From an uncultured virus (IMG/VR IMGVR_UViG_3300021964_000035) (Duplodnaviria > Heunggongvirae > Uroviricota > Caudoviricetes): a DNA stretch of 64,000 nt. The stretch lies in IMG/VR virus record IMGVR_UViG_3300021964_000035; one strand, 5' to 3'. The position numbers and the translations under genes are program-made. The notes below the pieces were generated by a model, which was not told where the DNA came from, searched no databases, and was given only the letters and a program-made list of their open reading frames with translations. Each line of letters opens with the position of its first letter. Position 1 is the first letter of the stretch. Shown here piece by piece: positions 19,833 to 29,851 of this stretch.

Positions 19833-20243
19833 TTGGCTGCCTCAGAAAACGAGTTATTATTCGAGCTCTCGTGCCTGCAAAAGCGCACAGCTCGAAAGCG
19901 CTTCCGTCAGGACATTTTCGACGCGTGGGAACACAGGTGCGCTTATTGCGGGTCTGATCGCGGGTGCACACTCGATCACATCGTCGCAAAAGCAAAAGGC
20001 GGCCCCACTAAGCGCGGGAACATGGTTGCATGTTGTGCGTCCTGTAATTTATTAAAGTCTTCTGAGGACTGGTATCGCTGGTTCCGGGTTCAATCGTTTT
20101 GGACCCTTGAGCGTGAGATTCGTATATTCGAGTGGCTTTCGGATAACCACGACGCTTCGGTAGCTGCACGCGAATACGAGCAAAAGTTCCGGATGCCTCC
20201 TCCTTTACCGTTTGGGGAAGAAGTGCCTCCTGCAGAGATATAA
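19833..20243 (+). CDS. HNH endonuclease
   Basis: CAYCG...TLDHIV...GG...NMVACCASCNLLK, intact motif. Confidence 0.85.
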   Translation: MAASENELLFELSCLQKRTARKRFRQDIFDAWEHRCAYCGSDRGCTLDHIVAKAKGGPTKRGNMVACCASCNLLKSSEDWYRWFRVQSFWTLEREIRIFEWLSDNHDASVAAREYEQKFRMPPPLPFGEEVPPAEI

Positions 20244-20267
20244 TATTTTTAGGCTTACAGGTGTGCC

Positions 20268-20939
20268 GTGCCGATACGTAGAAACCTAGACGATGCGAAG
20301 GATTACAGCCGTCTTGTATCTCGGCAAAACGAGCTGATCACGCAGAATCAGGTTGCTCCTGAAGACCGTATTCTTTTTATTGATCGTAGTGAGTTCTACG
20401 AGTTAGCTCAGCCGAAGCAGACTTCCCTAAGTGGGTTAGCGCAGTCTGTCGTCGATACTCCTGAGTTTACTAATGCTGTTGTAGAAACCGTAAAAGCTTA
20501 CGGCGCTTGGTTTGATACGACGACACAAACAAACCCCGTGGCAGATACACGGAGGTTTATGCAACTTAATACTCAGTCTTTGACAGACAGTATTACTCTT
20601 GTTTCTGGTACACGTGTTGTTATACCAACTTCGGGTGTTTATGATATTGAGTTTTCTGCTCAATTACAAACTTCGTCGGGTAAAGTTGATTTCGATATTT
20701 GGCTGATTAAAAATAACGTTGACGTTCCTTGGTCGAACGGCCGAGTCGAAGCTGAGGCGAATACAGCTGCCGCAACAGTTGCCAACTGGAATTATCTTGT
20801 CGAAGCAGTACCTGGGGATAATTTCCAGATTGGGTGGTCCTCCCCCAGTACAAATGCCCAACTTCCGGCTATTAGTGGGCTTACAAATCCTGTTCGTCCA
20901 GATATTCCTTCGGTAATTTTGACGGTTGAACAGGTTTAA
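20268..20939 (+). CDS. Putative structural protein with beta-sandwich C-terminus
   Basis: YGAWFDTTTQ...GVYDIEFSAQL...PDIPSVILTV. Confidence 0.65.
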   Translation: MPIRRNLDDAKDYSRLVSRQNELITQNQVAPEDRILFIDRSEFYELAQPKQTSLSGLAQSVVDTPEFTNAVVETVKAYGAWFDTTTQTNPVADTRRFMQLNTQSLTDSITLVSGTRVVIPTSGVYDIEFSAQLQTSSGKVDFDIWLIKNNVDVPWSNGRVEAEANTAAATVANWNYLVEAVPGDNFQIGWSSPSTNAQLPAISGLTNPVRPDIPSVILTVEQV

Positions 20940-21184
20940 CGATTCAACAGAATTTGATCGAGTTTTCGGTTTATATCGCGCAACCACACTCGCATATCAT
21001 CAAGTTCGTCCTTTAAGTCTGCTTTTAGGACGAATTTTTCGGACATATCTTTATTGTGATCCTCAAGCTTCACGAGGCGTTCTTTGATGTTATCAAATCT
21101 TTTGTTTGTTACACGCTGACGCTGCTCATGAGCCCACGTCAGGAGCGCTATAGCAGTACTAAACGCAACGACGATGCCTTCCAT
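20936..21184 (-). CDS. Small membrane protein with coiled coil (holin/hemolysin-like)
   Basis: N-terminal hydrophobic helix, coiled-coil tail, divergent from endolysin. Confidence 0.55.
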   Translation of the reverse strand: MEGIVVAFSTAIALLTWAHEQRQRVTNKRFDNIKERLVKLEDHNKDMSEKFVLKADLKDELDDMRVWLRDINRKLDQILLNR

Positions 21185-21228
21185 AGAGCGCTCTCCTCCT
21201 CTAAATTTTAAGTGGATAATTCACGATC

Positions 21229-22467
21229 ATGGACCTCTCTTCCGAGGGTTTAGCTTTAATCAAAGAGTTTGAAGGGCTTCGTCTGCACGCATATCGCTGC
21301 AGCGCAGGTGTTGTCACGATCGGCTACGGCCATACTGGCTCTAAATGGCTTCACGACGAATCGGAAATAACTGAAGTTGAAGCAGAAGAGCTTCTAAAAC
21401 TGGACTGCAAACGTTTTGTTCAAGGTGTAAATGACTGCCTTCGCGTTCAAGTAAATCAGCACGAGTTTGATGCGCTTGTCAGCTTCGCTTTTAACTGCGG
21501 CATAAGCGCATTGCGTGGCTCGACTTTATTGAGGCTGTTAAATGATAAATGTGACAAGCATATCGTCGCTGCAGAGTTTCAAAAGTGGTGCAAGGCCGGA
21601 AATAAAGTATTGGATGGGCTGCTTAGGCGCCGTAAAGCGGAAGCGGCGTTATTCTTGAAGACAGCTCCTAACAGCCTGTTGGCCCATTCGATTATTGCCA
21701 AGCAAGACACTTGGTTGAAGCGGAGCCCTATCCAGTCTTCAGATTTAGCGGACGAGGAAAAGCTGTTTGTGCCTGAAGGAGCGGCGCACGTCTGGAAGCA
21801 GATCGTGATGATTCCAGGCGAGATTCACTACAAAGTAATCCTTGAAGCGCAGCCCGACAAAAACTGGTGGATCTACCCAGAGCACTGGAAGATTATTAAC
21901 GACCCAAAGCAGAAGAACACTGAGCCTCAGGTTCAGCACGATTCGAAGCTGATTCTGTCGACCCCTTACTTCAGTCAGCGGGACAATTATCGGGACGCTT
22001 CGCGGACTTGTTTCAGTTCTAGTTGCGCGATGCTCGTCGCGACTCTGTCACCAGGGTCAATCGAGAACGACGACGAATATCTCGAAACTGTCTTTTCGAT
22101 TGGGGATACCACCGAAGCGTGGGTTCAGATCCGTGCGCTCGAGCAGTACGGAATCAAAGCCGAGTTCTGTCAGGATGGCGGTTGGTCCGATATTGATTCG
22201 CTTCTTACGGATGGCGTGCCCGTTCCTATCGGCATTCTGCATCACGGAAAGTCCAGTGCGCCGACCGGAGGCGGTCACTGGGTGATCATTGTCGGTCGTA
22301 CAGAAGACAACACCGGATACATCGTCAACGATCCTTGGGGAGAGTTGGACGTAAAAAATGGAGGTTATCTTAACGAGAACGGGAAGCACGTCATATACGA
22401 TAAAAAGAACCTTGCACCTAGGTGGATGGTCGAAGGGTCTGGTTCTGGCTGGTTTTTAAAGGCGTAG
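21229..22467 (+). CDS. Endolysin: GH24 lysozyme plus C39-like cysteine peptidase
   Basis: IKEFEGLRL.AYRCSAGV.TIGYGHT; PYFSQRDN..TCFSSSCAM..GGHW..VNDPWG. Confidence 0.9.
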   Translation: MDLSSEGLALIKEFEGLRLHAYRCSAGVVTIGYGHTGSKWLHDESEITEVEAEELLKLDCKRFVQGVNDCLRVQVNQHEFDALVSFAFNCGISALRGSTLLRLLNDKCDKHIVAAEFQKWCKAGNKVLDGLLRRRKAEAALFLKTAPNSLLAHSIIAKQDTWLKRSPIQSSDLADEEKLFVPEGAAHVWKQIVMIPGEIHYKVILEAQPDKNWWIYPEHWKIINDPKQKNTEPQVQHDSKLILSTPYFSQRDNYRDASRTCFSSSCAMLVATLSPGSIENDDEYLETVFSIGDTTEAWVQIRALEQYGIKAEFCQDGGWSDIDSLLTDGVPVPIGILHHGKSSAPTGGGHWVIIVGRTEDNTGYIVNDPWGELDVKNGGYLNENGKHVIYDKKNLAPRWMVEGSGSGWFLKA

Positions 22468-22499
22468 CCAGTAGACTCTTAGGGCTCAAAGGACAACTC

Positions 22500-22694
22500 G
22501 TGAACACATTCGAAGAACAACTTCGGGCTGATTTTCTCGACTATCTCTACGACAAATATGGTCGTACAAATGGCTGCTACACCGGCCTTTGGAAGCAGTA
22601 TCAGGAGGATATTTCCCTTCAGATGCGTAAAGCTGTTATTGAAGGGAGAGTCAAGTTAGAATGCGGTTACGCCGAATCTAAAAAGTTAGCGTAA
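22500..22694 (+). CDS. Cyanophage-type hypothetical protein
   Basis: RADFLDYLY..YGRTNGCYTGLW; GTG start after AGGA. Confidence 0.65.
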   Translation: MNTFEEQLRADFLDYLYDKYGRTNGCYTGLWKQYQEDISLQMRKAVIEGRVKLECGYAESKKLA

Positions 22695-22705
22695 GGAACT
22701 GAGTA

Positions 22706-23227
22706 ATGGCCGTACTCCCGCTGTCTACACAAGCTGAGGCGCTTCAGATTCCTGAAACGCAGAAACTTCTGCCTGGCGCGGAGCTCGACTTTCCGACCGG
22801 CCCGCAAACTTTTTCCAACACGCCCCAAGGGATCAACCAGCGTAGGGCGTTCACCATTGACAACTTTGAGCGCCTTCAAGCGCAGTATCAAGTTGATCAC
22901 GGGGTGTACCAACGTCCTGCTGTTGGTCCCGTTGAGTACGCAGAAAGCAATATCAAAAAGTCAAACCAGCCTGTCGGCGTGGCTGGTTACCAGCATCGGG
23001 CTCTCCCCATGCCTGATTCTGCTGATGACCTTACCCAGGCTCAGTATTTCGCTGGGCTTACTAACGCTACCCCGGAGAAGCGCCTCAAGTTCGCTGAGGC
23101 ACTGGCAAATACCAACCAGTACTTCCTCAACACTCCTGATCAGTCTGCACTGATGCTCGGGAGCAGCCACAACATGGCCAACAATTTGCTGGCCTTAGCG
23201 AGTCAGAAGAAGGGACAGAACAAGTGA
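22706..23227 (+). CDS. Hypothetical Gln/Asn-rich protein (possibly virion)
   Basis: 173-aa ORF with RBS. Confidence 0.65.
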   Translation: MAVLPLSTQAEALQIPETQKLLPGAELDFPTGPQTFSNTPQGINQRRAFTIDNFERLQAQYQVDHGVYQRPAVGPVEYAESNIKKSNQPVGVAGYQHRALPMPDSADDLTQAQYFAGLTNATPEKRLKFAEALANTNQYFLNTPDQSALMLGSSHNMANNLLALASQKKGQNK

Positions 23228-23358
23228 TGGCTGATAACGACTTCCCTGTGCGCATGGCCGGTCAACGGCTTGGCCTCTTCGCTCCTCATCTCGCTGGCTT
23301 GACTCCTCAAGAAGTCACTCGGCGGCTAAGGTATCAGGAAACTTTCCCTCAAACCTAA
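23227..23358 (+). CDS. 43-aa peptide MADNDFPVRMAGQRLG... (not in ORF track)
   Basis: Translated by hand; TGATG coupling. Confidence 0.55.
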   Translation: MADNDFPVRMAGQRLGLFAPHLAGLTPQEVTRRLRYQETFPQT

Positions 23359-23360
23359 CC

Positions 23361-23537
23361 GTGCTTCCCAGAAACTTGTTGAGTCAGCTTGCAGGTCAGC
23401 AGCTTCAGCTCGATCCGAAGGTTATGCAGATGGGTTTGGCTGACCGTTTGGCGGGTCAGGCTGCCATTGAAAATCCTGAGTTAGCTAGCCGCATCATTAC
23501 CAATATTGAAGGGGACACCACGTCCGAACAGGCTTAA
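23361..23537 (+). CDS. 58-aa peptide with two LAGQ motifs (not in ORF track)
   Basis: GTG start 2 nt after previous stop; fills the gap to thyX. Confidence 0.5.
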   Translation: MLPRNLLSQLAGQQLQLDPKVMQMGLADRLAGQAAIENPELASRIITNIEGDTTSEQA

Positions 23538-23562
23538 ACTAACGAGCCGAAGCGCACGTGGA

Positions 23563-24249
23563 ATGCATACAGCCGAGCTGGATTGGATCACGCCTGATGC
23601 TGAGCGTGTAATTGCTAGGCACGCACGAGTAAGTACAAAGAACCCTGACCGTGAGGAGTTCAAAGGCTTACTCAAGTACTGCATCAACCACGGGCACTGG
23701 AGTATCTACGAGCAAGCAAGTGCATCGTTTGAAATAATAACGACTAGATCAATTAGTGCTCAGATAATCCGTCACCGTAGCTTCGCATTTCAGGAAACGA
23801 GTCAGCGGTATTGCGACCCAACTTCAGTTTTGGCTGAGGCTGAGAGCAGCTGTTGGGATTTCGATCTTCGACGTCAGGACGAAAAGAACCGTCAGAACTC
23901 AACGCCTGACCTCGACCCTGTGCTTGTTAAAGCGTTCAAGGAACGAATCCAGATCCTTTATTCGGACCTCAAAAACACCTACACGGATATGCTCGAAGCC
24001 GGCGTGGCCAAGGAGTGTGCCCGGAATATTCTGCCTATGTGCTCTCCGACTCGTTTGCACATGAGCGGCTCGATCCGAAGCTGGATTCATTACGTCGGTT
24101 TACGGGGTGGAGTCGAGACTCAGCTCGAACATCGAACGATCGCCGTTGAAATCGGTAAAGCACTCGAGCGTGAGGTTCCCTCCGTCATTGAAGCGGTGAA
24201 GGAGCAGGCAGCCAAAGAATTTAACTTGAAGGGCTGGCTGTTTATCTGA
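23563..24249 (+). CDS. thyX: FAD-dependent thymidylate synthase
   Basis: HWSIYE; QIIRHRSFAFQETSQRY; AKECARNILP. Confidence 0.95.
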   Translation: MHTAELDWITPDAERVIARHARVSTKNPDREEFKGLLKYCINHGHWSIYEQASASFEIITTRSISAQIIRHRSFAFQETSQRYCDPTSVLAEAESSCWDFDLRRQDEKNRQNSTPDLDPVLVKAFKERIQILYSDLKNTYTDMLEAGVAKECARNILPMCSPTRLHMSGSIRSWIHYVGLRGGVETQLEHRTIAVEIGKALEREVPSVIEAVKEQAAKEFNLKGWLFI

Positions 24250-24318
24250 GTGTATCCGCGTGAACTAGGTGCCAAAGGGTTAATTGTGTAAGATTAAAAG
24301 GTAGCGAATGTTACGACA

Positions 24319-24453
24319 ATGACTCTCAACTATCGCGGTCTTACCTACGACAAGCCTTCTCAGGATTTCGTCCGCGTGGGCTCCAACACCGTCCTGACCT
24401 GGCGCGGCAAGCAGTACATCCACATGGATATCAAGGAGAAGAAAAATGGTTAA
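24319..24453 (+). CDS. DUF4278-like small protein (44 aa)
   Basis: LNYRGLTY ... LTWRGKQY tandem YRG-type motifs. Confidence 0.7.
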   Translation: MTLNYRGLTYDKPSQDFVRVGSNTVLTWRGKQYIHMDIKEKKNG

Positions 24454-24538
24454 TACGTTGGCTTTAATCCAAGCCAGTATTCTTAAGCGTCAGCGACTTT
24501 TGGCGGCACAATTACTCATCGCCAAAAAGGAAATCTAG
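24446..24538 (+). CDS. 30-aa peptide MVNTLALIQASILKRQRLLAAQ...
   Basis: AAGGAG RBS; overlaps the previous stop. Confidence 0.5.
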   Translation: MVNTLALIQASILKRQRLLAAQLLIAKKEI

Positions 24539-24579
24539 GGACAATCTGTCACTAGACTGATGGTAATCGGTGAAACAAT

Positions 24580-24891
24580 ATGCTCAGCACCAAGACAAGG
24601 CTGAGAGTTGAGTTCATCTGTGATCGGATAAAAAACGGGGCCGAGGTAGAGCTTAACGATATGGCTTGGATCCAGAAATGGGCCAAGCGCAATCCGACAG
24701 TAGAAAAGATGCTCCGGCAGGCTCGGCGAGCGGTGACGCAACCCGAGCCTTCTGATCTTGATGAGTTCTGCCAAGCTCTAGATCTCGGAGACCCAGACCC
24801 TTCGGAGCATTTAGTCGGACCGCAAGATCCGGTTGATCTTGCCGCGTGGTTTACCAGGCGCCAACGCTGGTTCCGAGGAGAGAACAGCTAG
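24580..24891 (+). CDS. Conserved cyanophage hypothetical protein
   Basis: MLST..RLRVEFIC..I..G.EV.L.DM.W...LGDPDPSEH. Confidence 0.75.
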   Translation: MLSTKTRLRVEFICDRIKNGAEVELNDMAWIQKWAKRNPTVEKMLRQARRAVTQPEPSDLDEFCQALDLGDPDPSEHLVGPQDPVDLAAWFTRRQRWFRGENS

Positions 24892-25087
24892 CCGCCCGTG
24901 TCGTAGATTTTTTTTGATGCGCACCAGGTCGTGTCTTTTGGCAGCGGCTCGGTGCCATAAGCCCAGGTGTCAAAGTCTTCCTCGTTTCGAGGATCTTTAA
25001 CGGGACAAGGCTTGGTGCAACGACTGCCTTTGGCGCTGCGCTTTCGGTTTGTTTTGCACTGCCGCTCGCACATAATGCTGAGAAGCG

Positions 25088-25255
25088 CTACTCCCCAACT
25101 TTAGGCATACCGCCAGCTAAGTCTGTATCTTCGAACGGATCTCTCTGTCCTCTACAGATTGCGCATGCTCTCTTGTAGAAGAAGCAGTCGGTTTTCCCAG
25201 CGACTTCCAAGGCATCTTTGACTTTCCGCCAGTTGTCCTTGGTTCGCTGGTCCAC
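25088..25255 (-). CDS. Conserved cyanophage small protein
   Basis: DQRTKDNWRKVKDALEVAGKTDCFFYKRA, translated by hand. Confidence 0.65.
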   Translation of the reverse strand: MDQRTKDNWRKVKDALEVAGKTDCFFYKRACAICRGQRDPFEDTDLAGGMPKVGE

Positions 25256-25258
25256 GGT

Positions 25259-25513
25259 CTAGACGCCTCTCAGAAAGGGAGGAAGACCAATCGGACGAGG
25301 AGCTGGACGCGGTCCTCTTTCTTGGATGATTTCCCTCATGATGTCCCTGAACTCCTGCTGCGTCAGGGGACGACCGCCGTCGATATCGTGCCTCTCGTAA
25401 TCAATCTGCGCTACTTCCCGGCGTGGCTGACCGAGCTCAGAAAAGTTCGGACGGTTCCCTCCAAGCCGCAGCTGCAGCGTGTCTTCGGGAAAAATCGAAC
25501 CTGCGAATCGCAT
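25259..25513 (-). CDS. Hypothetical protein starting MRFAGSIFPE
   Basis: ORF track; motif shared with 7329. Confidence 0.6.
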   Translation of the reverse strand: MRFAGSIFPEDTLQLRLGGNRPNFSELGQPRREVAQIDYERHDIDGGRPLTQQEFRDIMREIIQERGPRPAPRPIGLPPFLRGV

Positions 25514-25574
25514 GATAGTTAGGGAGACAAGGGGCTTGAATTAGGCCCCTTAAATATCTCCACGTTAATCGATT

Positions 25575-26213
25575 CTACATTTTGTTCCAGGGATCGACAT
25601 CCATTCCAGGCAGTGGATCAGTCTCAGGAACGTAAGATTTCTGTATTTCTTCCATTTCCTTAGAGAAATTGGAAACCTGTTGCTGAACTGGAATGGGTCT
25701 GGGTGCCACAGGAGCAGGACGACTGAGCTGTTGGACAGTCTGCTGGAGGAGAGCAATCTGTTCCATCAGAGGCGTTTCCCTCGACTTGACCCAGTTGGTT
25801 GCGTTCTCCGTCAGTTGATTGAGAACGTTTTCAGGGTGAGGGAAGTTATAGACAGAGCCGTACTCAGTGTCGATGCGCCTGCCCTGTTGTTCGGAAGCAA
25901 GGCTGGAGAGGAACTCTTGAATCCGCTCGAGCGGAATACGCGTGTGGTAGCTGAGTTGATCGGGGCTGACTAGACCTTTGTTGATGTCGTACAGGTGCTT
26001 GAAGCTTTGAGCGAGAACTTCGCCCTCGGCTTTCTGCTCTTCGGTTTTTTTAGTGAAGCCAGCCCCAAGGGCAACGCCAGTCATAACTCCTCCGAATGCC
26101 CCGTAGGCAGCAGGAGTCATTGCAGGGTTGGCAATAGCCGTAGCCACCACACCACCAGCTGCGACGCTGCTGGCAATCGCAAGGATGTTATTGAGAAACG
26201 GGAGGTTCAGCAT
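25575..26213 (-). CDS. Membrane protein (2 TM) with soluble C-terminal domain
   Basis: Two hydrophobic helices followed by a wHTH-like segment. Confidence 0.65.
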   Translation of the reverse strand: MLNLPFLNNILAIASSVAAGGVVATAIANPAMTPAAYGAFGGVMTGVALGAGFTKKTEEQKAEGEVLAQSFKHLYDINKGLVSPDQLSYHTRIPLERIQEFLSSLASEQQGRRIDTEYGSVYNFPHPENVLNQLTENATNWVKSRETPLMEQIALLQQTVQQLSRPAPVAPRPIPVQQQVSNFSKEMEEIQKSYVPETDPLPGMDVDPWNKM

Positions 26214-28944
26214 GTTCTTCAAATGCGAGTTTCCAAAGATCGGGCTGAGGGTTTGAGGCGTACTCGACAGGCGTGGGAAGTCGGGTATCGCCGTAGGCAG
26301 CTCGGCTCGTTGAGATGTCGAAGGGTTTCAGTATAAGGCCAGTAAACACGGCGAAACCGTTGTTAATCGTACGTTTACACGCGTCTAGTTTCAGGACGTT
26401 ACTCAAGGTTTCCTTGAGCCGCTCTGAGAATCTTTCGCGTGCAGCGGCTTTATATCCGTTGGATTTACAGAAGTTGCAGTAGGAGGCATACAGTTCGGTG
26501 TACGCGTTCTTAAAGAACATACCCCGCTCCGATTCATCGGTAGAAGGTTTGAATGCGCCGCCTCCAATCTTGGTGCTCTTGCCAGGTGCGTAGAGGGTGC
26601 ACTCGTTGAGCCATGCTGCGAATGGGTTGTTGAACAGCAGGCTCTCAAAATCGGAAGCTCGGAGGTCAGGACAATGCTTGACCGGATTGGCTAGGACGTC
26701 GCGCATAGTGTCGAAGTCCATCGAGAGAGCCCAAGTCACAATCCCGCTGAGCTCAGGCTCGAGCTCACCCTCGATGCGATCTTGATAGACGTTCAGAAGA
26801 TCGCGTCGCTTTGAAGCAGGCACGACCTTGTCCATGACAATGGTCAGGCGACGTCGCTCAAGACCGCTCGTGGTGTCCGAGGAGCTGATGTGCTCGTTGG
26901 ATGCGATACAGACCAGACACTCAGGCTTAAAAGAGATAACTTCTTTGCCGTATTTACGCTCGGCTCGGAGAGTATCGGAAGCCGATGTCAGTTTTTTCAT
27001 CGTATCCATCCGCTTGCTGTAGGACGATTCGTCCGTAAGCACGACCAGTTTTTTACCGATCAAGCTGAAGCACTCGAACTTGTTGGTTTCAAGTTGCTCG
27101 AGGCTTGTGGTGTGGAGGCCTTGCAGACCCACAAGAGCAGTCAAGACTTGTTGCAGCGTTGACTTACCGGTGCCACCAGGACCCACCAGATGCAGGAACC
27201 TTTCGCCCTGGGTATAGGAAGTCAGGACAGCCCGAGAGAAAGCCTGGATGATCTTGACCCGATCCTTGCCGATGGCGTCAGTCAGCCACGCGACAAACTT
27301 TGGGCACTGGGAGCTGGGGTCGTAGTCGTAGGGAAGTCGGTTTCGGATGTATTGGTTGGGGTCAAAACCAGCAAGGAACTCACCAGTCTGAGAATCCAGA
27401 GCACCGTTTTTGAAGGGAACGAGACCACGGTTGGCAGACCAAATAGAGTTTCGACCGCCCCGGCTAGAACGCAGAAGTTTTCCCTGAAGGAGCTGATAGA
27501 CCGAGTTGACCGTGGCAGAACTGTATTTCGGAATCACGCCAGACGTCACAAAGACGTCAAGAGCCTTGATAATACGGCGCTTGATATGGGTCGAATCCTG
27601 CAGATACCAGACGCCCTCGTCCTCGTCGTAGCAAAAGAACTCGTCGAGGCTTGAGTCGAAAAGGAACGTATCCTTGTTGTTGGAAACGATTACGTCGGCG
27701 ACGTCGTTTTCCGAAAACTGCTTCTTCTTGCCCTGCAAGCTGACGAGCTGCGCAGGGGTCTGCGGGGTTGCAGAGTTGGAGGCCATGGGCTGCTCCTTGG
27801 GTTTTGGTGTTGATGTTGTTGATGATGTGGATGGCTCAAAGTCGAAAGTAAGGATCGAGTTCCTAGCTTTCTCTTGAGGTTTCAGCTGGGCCTGAACTGA
27901 TTCAGGCGCGGACGCGAGAAAGGTCTCGCGGCTGACTCGTTTGACTTTTCGCCAGACGGCAAGGTCACCGTCATCAGAGGCCAGTGCTACCGAAGGAAGC
28001 AGCGTGGCTGGGTCGTAGATCGAATTTAGTATGCGCTTGTACTTGCCGTCAAGCGCTGGTGCGTACTGATAGATGTTTTCAAAACACAGCTCAGCCAGCT
28101 GCTCAGGGCTCACCTGACACTTAAGATCCTTCTCCCGGAGCCAGTTCGACCAGCCGATCAGCTCTTTAAAGGCAACTGCCATGGAGGCAGAGCGGTCCTC
28201 GACCTCGAACCCATCGAGCATGTCGCGGACTTTGGTGCTGACCAGATCGGTGATGTCGATCCCGTCGCTCGCCGTTTCTGCTGTTAAGCAAGATGCTGGG
28301 TCGTCCTCGGCTCGAGCCTCTTTTGGCAAAGCTACATAGGCTTGGTACGCCTCAGTGACTTTGCTCTGTGGGATTGCTTTATCGGAGTAGTAAAAAACTT
28401 TTGGATCGTGCTCTGGATGCGCTCCGTAAAAGAGATTTACGGCTTGGGTTGCGCGGCGATCGGAGCCTGGGATGGATTCTGAGATCGTACGAACAAACCA
28501 CTGGTAGAAGTCCGGGTCAAGAATCTCGCTCTCAAGGCCAAAAACAAGGCGAAAGCGTGGCCAACCGTCAGCAGTACTAGGAGAGAAATAAGCGAGAGAA
28601 AGATACTTTTGACAAATAGGTAGTTCAAGAGCTTGTTCTGGTGTTAGTTGTTGGTCTTGAATTTTGTTGCCTTCTGCATCCTTTCCATCGGCTTGATTGT
28701 CGATGTCAATGATGACAAGGCCAGCTTTAATTGCACCTGTTGAGTTACTCTTACGCTGACCGTTTACGAGATGCCACGCACAGATACCGTGCGCACGCAT
28801 AACCTCGTCGGCAAGCTCTGAGGATGACAGGCTGGAGGCAATCCAGTTGTCGTTAAACGCACCAAACTTCCCACCAGCCGGGATCTTCCCAGAAGGGCCT
28901 AGAGCGGCACGAACTTCACGGTTGATCGAACAGGTGAAACGCAT
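26188..28944 (-). CDS. Primase-helicase (primase-like N-terminus, D5/P4-type SF3 helicase)
   Basis: IIDIDN, PRFRLVF; PFKNG; Walker A GPGGTGKST; Walker B LVVLTDE; IASN. Confidence 0.9.
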   Translation of the reverse strand: MRFTCSINREVRAALGPSGKIPAGGKFGAFNDNWIASSLSSSELADEVMRAHGICAWHLVNGQRKSNSTGAIKAGLVIIDIDNQADGKDAEGNKIQDQQLTPEQALELPICQKYLSLAYFSPSTADGWPRFRLVFGLESEILDPDFYQWFVRTISESIPGSDRRATQAVNLFYGAHPEHDPKVFYYSDKAIPQSKVTEAYQAYVALPKEARAEDDPASCLTAETASDGIDITDLVSTKVRDMLDGFEVEDRSASMAVAFKELIGWSNWLREKDLKCQVSPEQLAELCFENIYQYAPALDGKYKRILNSIYDPATLLPSVALASDDGDLAVWRKVKRVSRETFLASAPESVQAQLKPQEKARNSILTFDFEPSTSSTTSTPKPKEQPMASNSATPQTPAQLVSLQGKKKQFSENDVADVIVSNNKDTFLFDSSLDEFFCYDEDEGVWYLQDSTHIKRRIIKALDVFVTSGVIPKYSSATVNSVYQLLQGKLLRSSRGGRNSIWSANRGLVPFKNGALDSQTGEFLAGFDPNQYIRNRLPYDYDPSSQCPKFVAWLTDAIGKDRVKIIQAFSRAVLTSYTQGERFLHLVGPGGTGKSTLQQVLTALVGLQGLHTTSLEQLETNKFECFSLIGKKLVVLTDESSYSKRMDTMKKLTSASDTLRAERKYGKEVISFKPECLVCIASNEHISSSDTTSGLERRRLTIVMDKVVPASKRRDLLNVYQDRIEGELEPELSGIVTWALSMDFDTMRDVLANPVKHCPDLRASDFESLLFNNPFAAWLNECTLYAPGKSTKIGGGAFKPSTDESERGMFFKNAYTELYASYCNFCKSNGYKAAARERFSERLKETLSNVLKLDACKRTINNGFAVFTGLILKPFDISTSRAAYGDTRLPTPVEYASNPQPDLWKLAFEEHAEPPVSQ

Positions 28945-29004
28945 GGCGCTCAGGAGCGGTTCTTAGTTTGGCATGGATTTCCGAGATCGGAACGGAAGAG
29001 AGTA

Positions 29005-29784
29005 TTAAGTGGCGACTACGTCACTGTAGAACTTTCTTACAACTTCAAGCCAAGCGGCTTCGTCCTTCTCGATGTCCTTGCCACTGAAGGTGAAAACCTG
29101 AACCGAAAACTCCGGAACCGGCGTGGACACAATGATCTGCGTCTTCGAAATTTTAATCCCGAAGCATCGTTCGGCGGCCAATTTGTAGGCGGCAAGTTGC
29201 AGCCTTGTCTTTTTCGTCTTGTAAACCCCGCCGATCAGAGCTTTGCGGAGCTTGTCATCGATGTCGGCTTTTGAACTTGGGAAGCGAGCGGAGTAAGGAC
29301 CTAAGGAAGTTTTGAAGTCGCCGAGGATAATTTCGCCGTTTGCGTCCTCGTAGATGACGTCGCAACAACCTGCCCAACCGTGGTCTGTGACCTGGTCGTA
29401 GTAGTGAATTCTGCCAACGCCGTCCTCTCCTACGTACTTGTTCCATTCCGGTTTGTTCATTGGTTTTTCGGACCACAGGATCCGACCACCCTCAAAAAGC
29501 TCATCGAGCTTCTCTGGCATCCCATCCCAGTAAGGCTGGAATTGCTTTGGTGGATTTACATCGATCCCACGGACGTAGTTTTCCACGCCGTTGTGGATCC
29601 AAGTCCCTCGTTCTGCAGCCTTCTCGAGCATGCCTGGGTTCATCGCATTCCAGGCTGCGAGCTTTCGACGACTGTCTTCAGACTGCGTGGCCGAGAGGAT
29701 TGAGGTTACTGAAGCTAATGGACGGTCTACACCTAGTACGTTGTAGTGCCTGTAGCCGTTAATCGTTACTCGAGTGTCTGACAC
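29005..29784 (-). CDS. PD-(D/E)XK exonuclease (Cas4-like fold)
   Basis: SVTSILS; RGTWIH; WAGCCD; LGDFKTS; LQLAAY. Confidence 0.85.
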   Translation of the reverse strand: MSDTRVTINGYRHYNVLGVDRPLASVTSILSATQSEDSRRKLAAWNAMNPGMLEKAAERGTWIHNGVENYVRGIDVNPPKQFQPYWDGMPEKLDELFEGGRILWSEKPMNKPEWNKYVGEDGVGRIHYYDQVTDHGWAGCCDVIYEDANGEIILGDFKTSLGPYSARFPSSKADIDDKLRKALIGGVYKTKKTRLQLAAYKLAAERCFGIKISKTQIIVSTPVPEFSVQVFTFSGKDIEKDEAAWLEVVRKFYSDVVAT

Positions 29785-29851
29785 TTATGTGTCGCAATTA
29801 TTGGAAGTCTAGTTCAATCAATGCAAAAAAATAAAATCAACGAGCTGTACT

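Noticed and set aside
24250..24318. Glutamine riboswitch upstream of the DUF4278-like gene
   Set aside because: Leader is short and I see no glnA or Downstream-peptide consensus.
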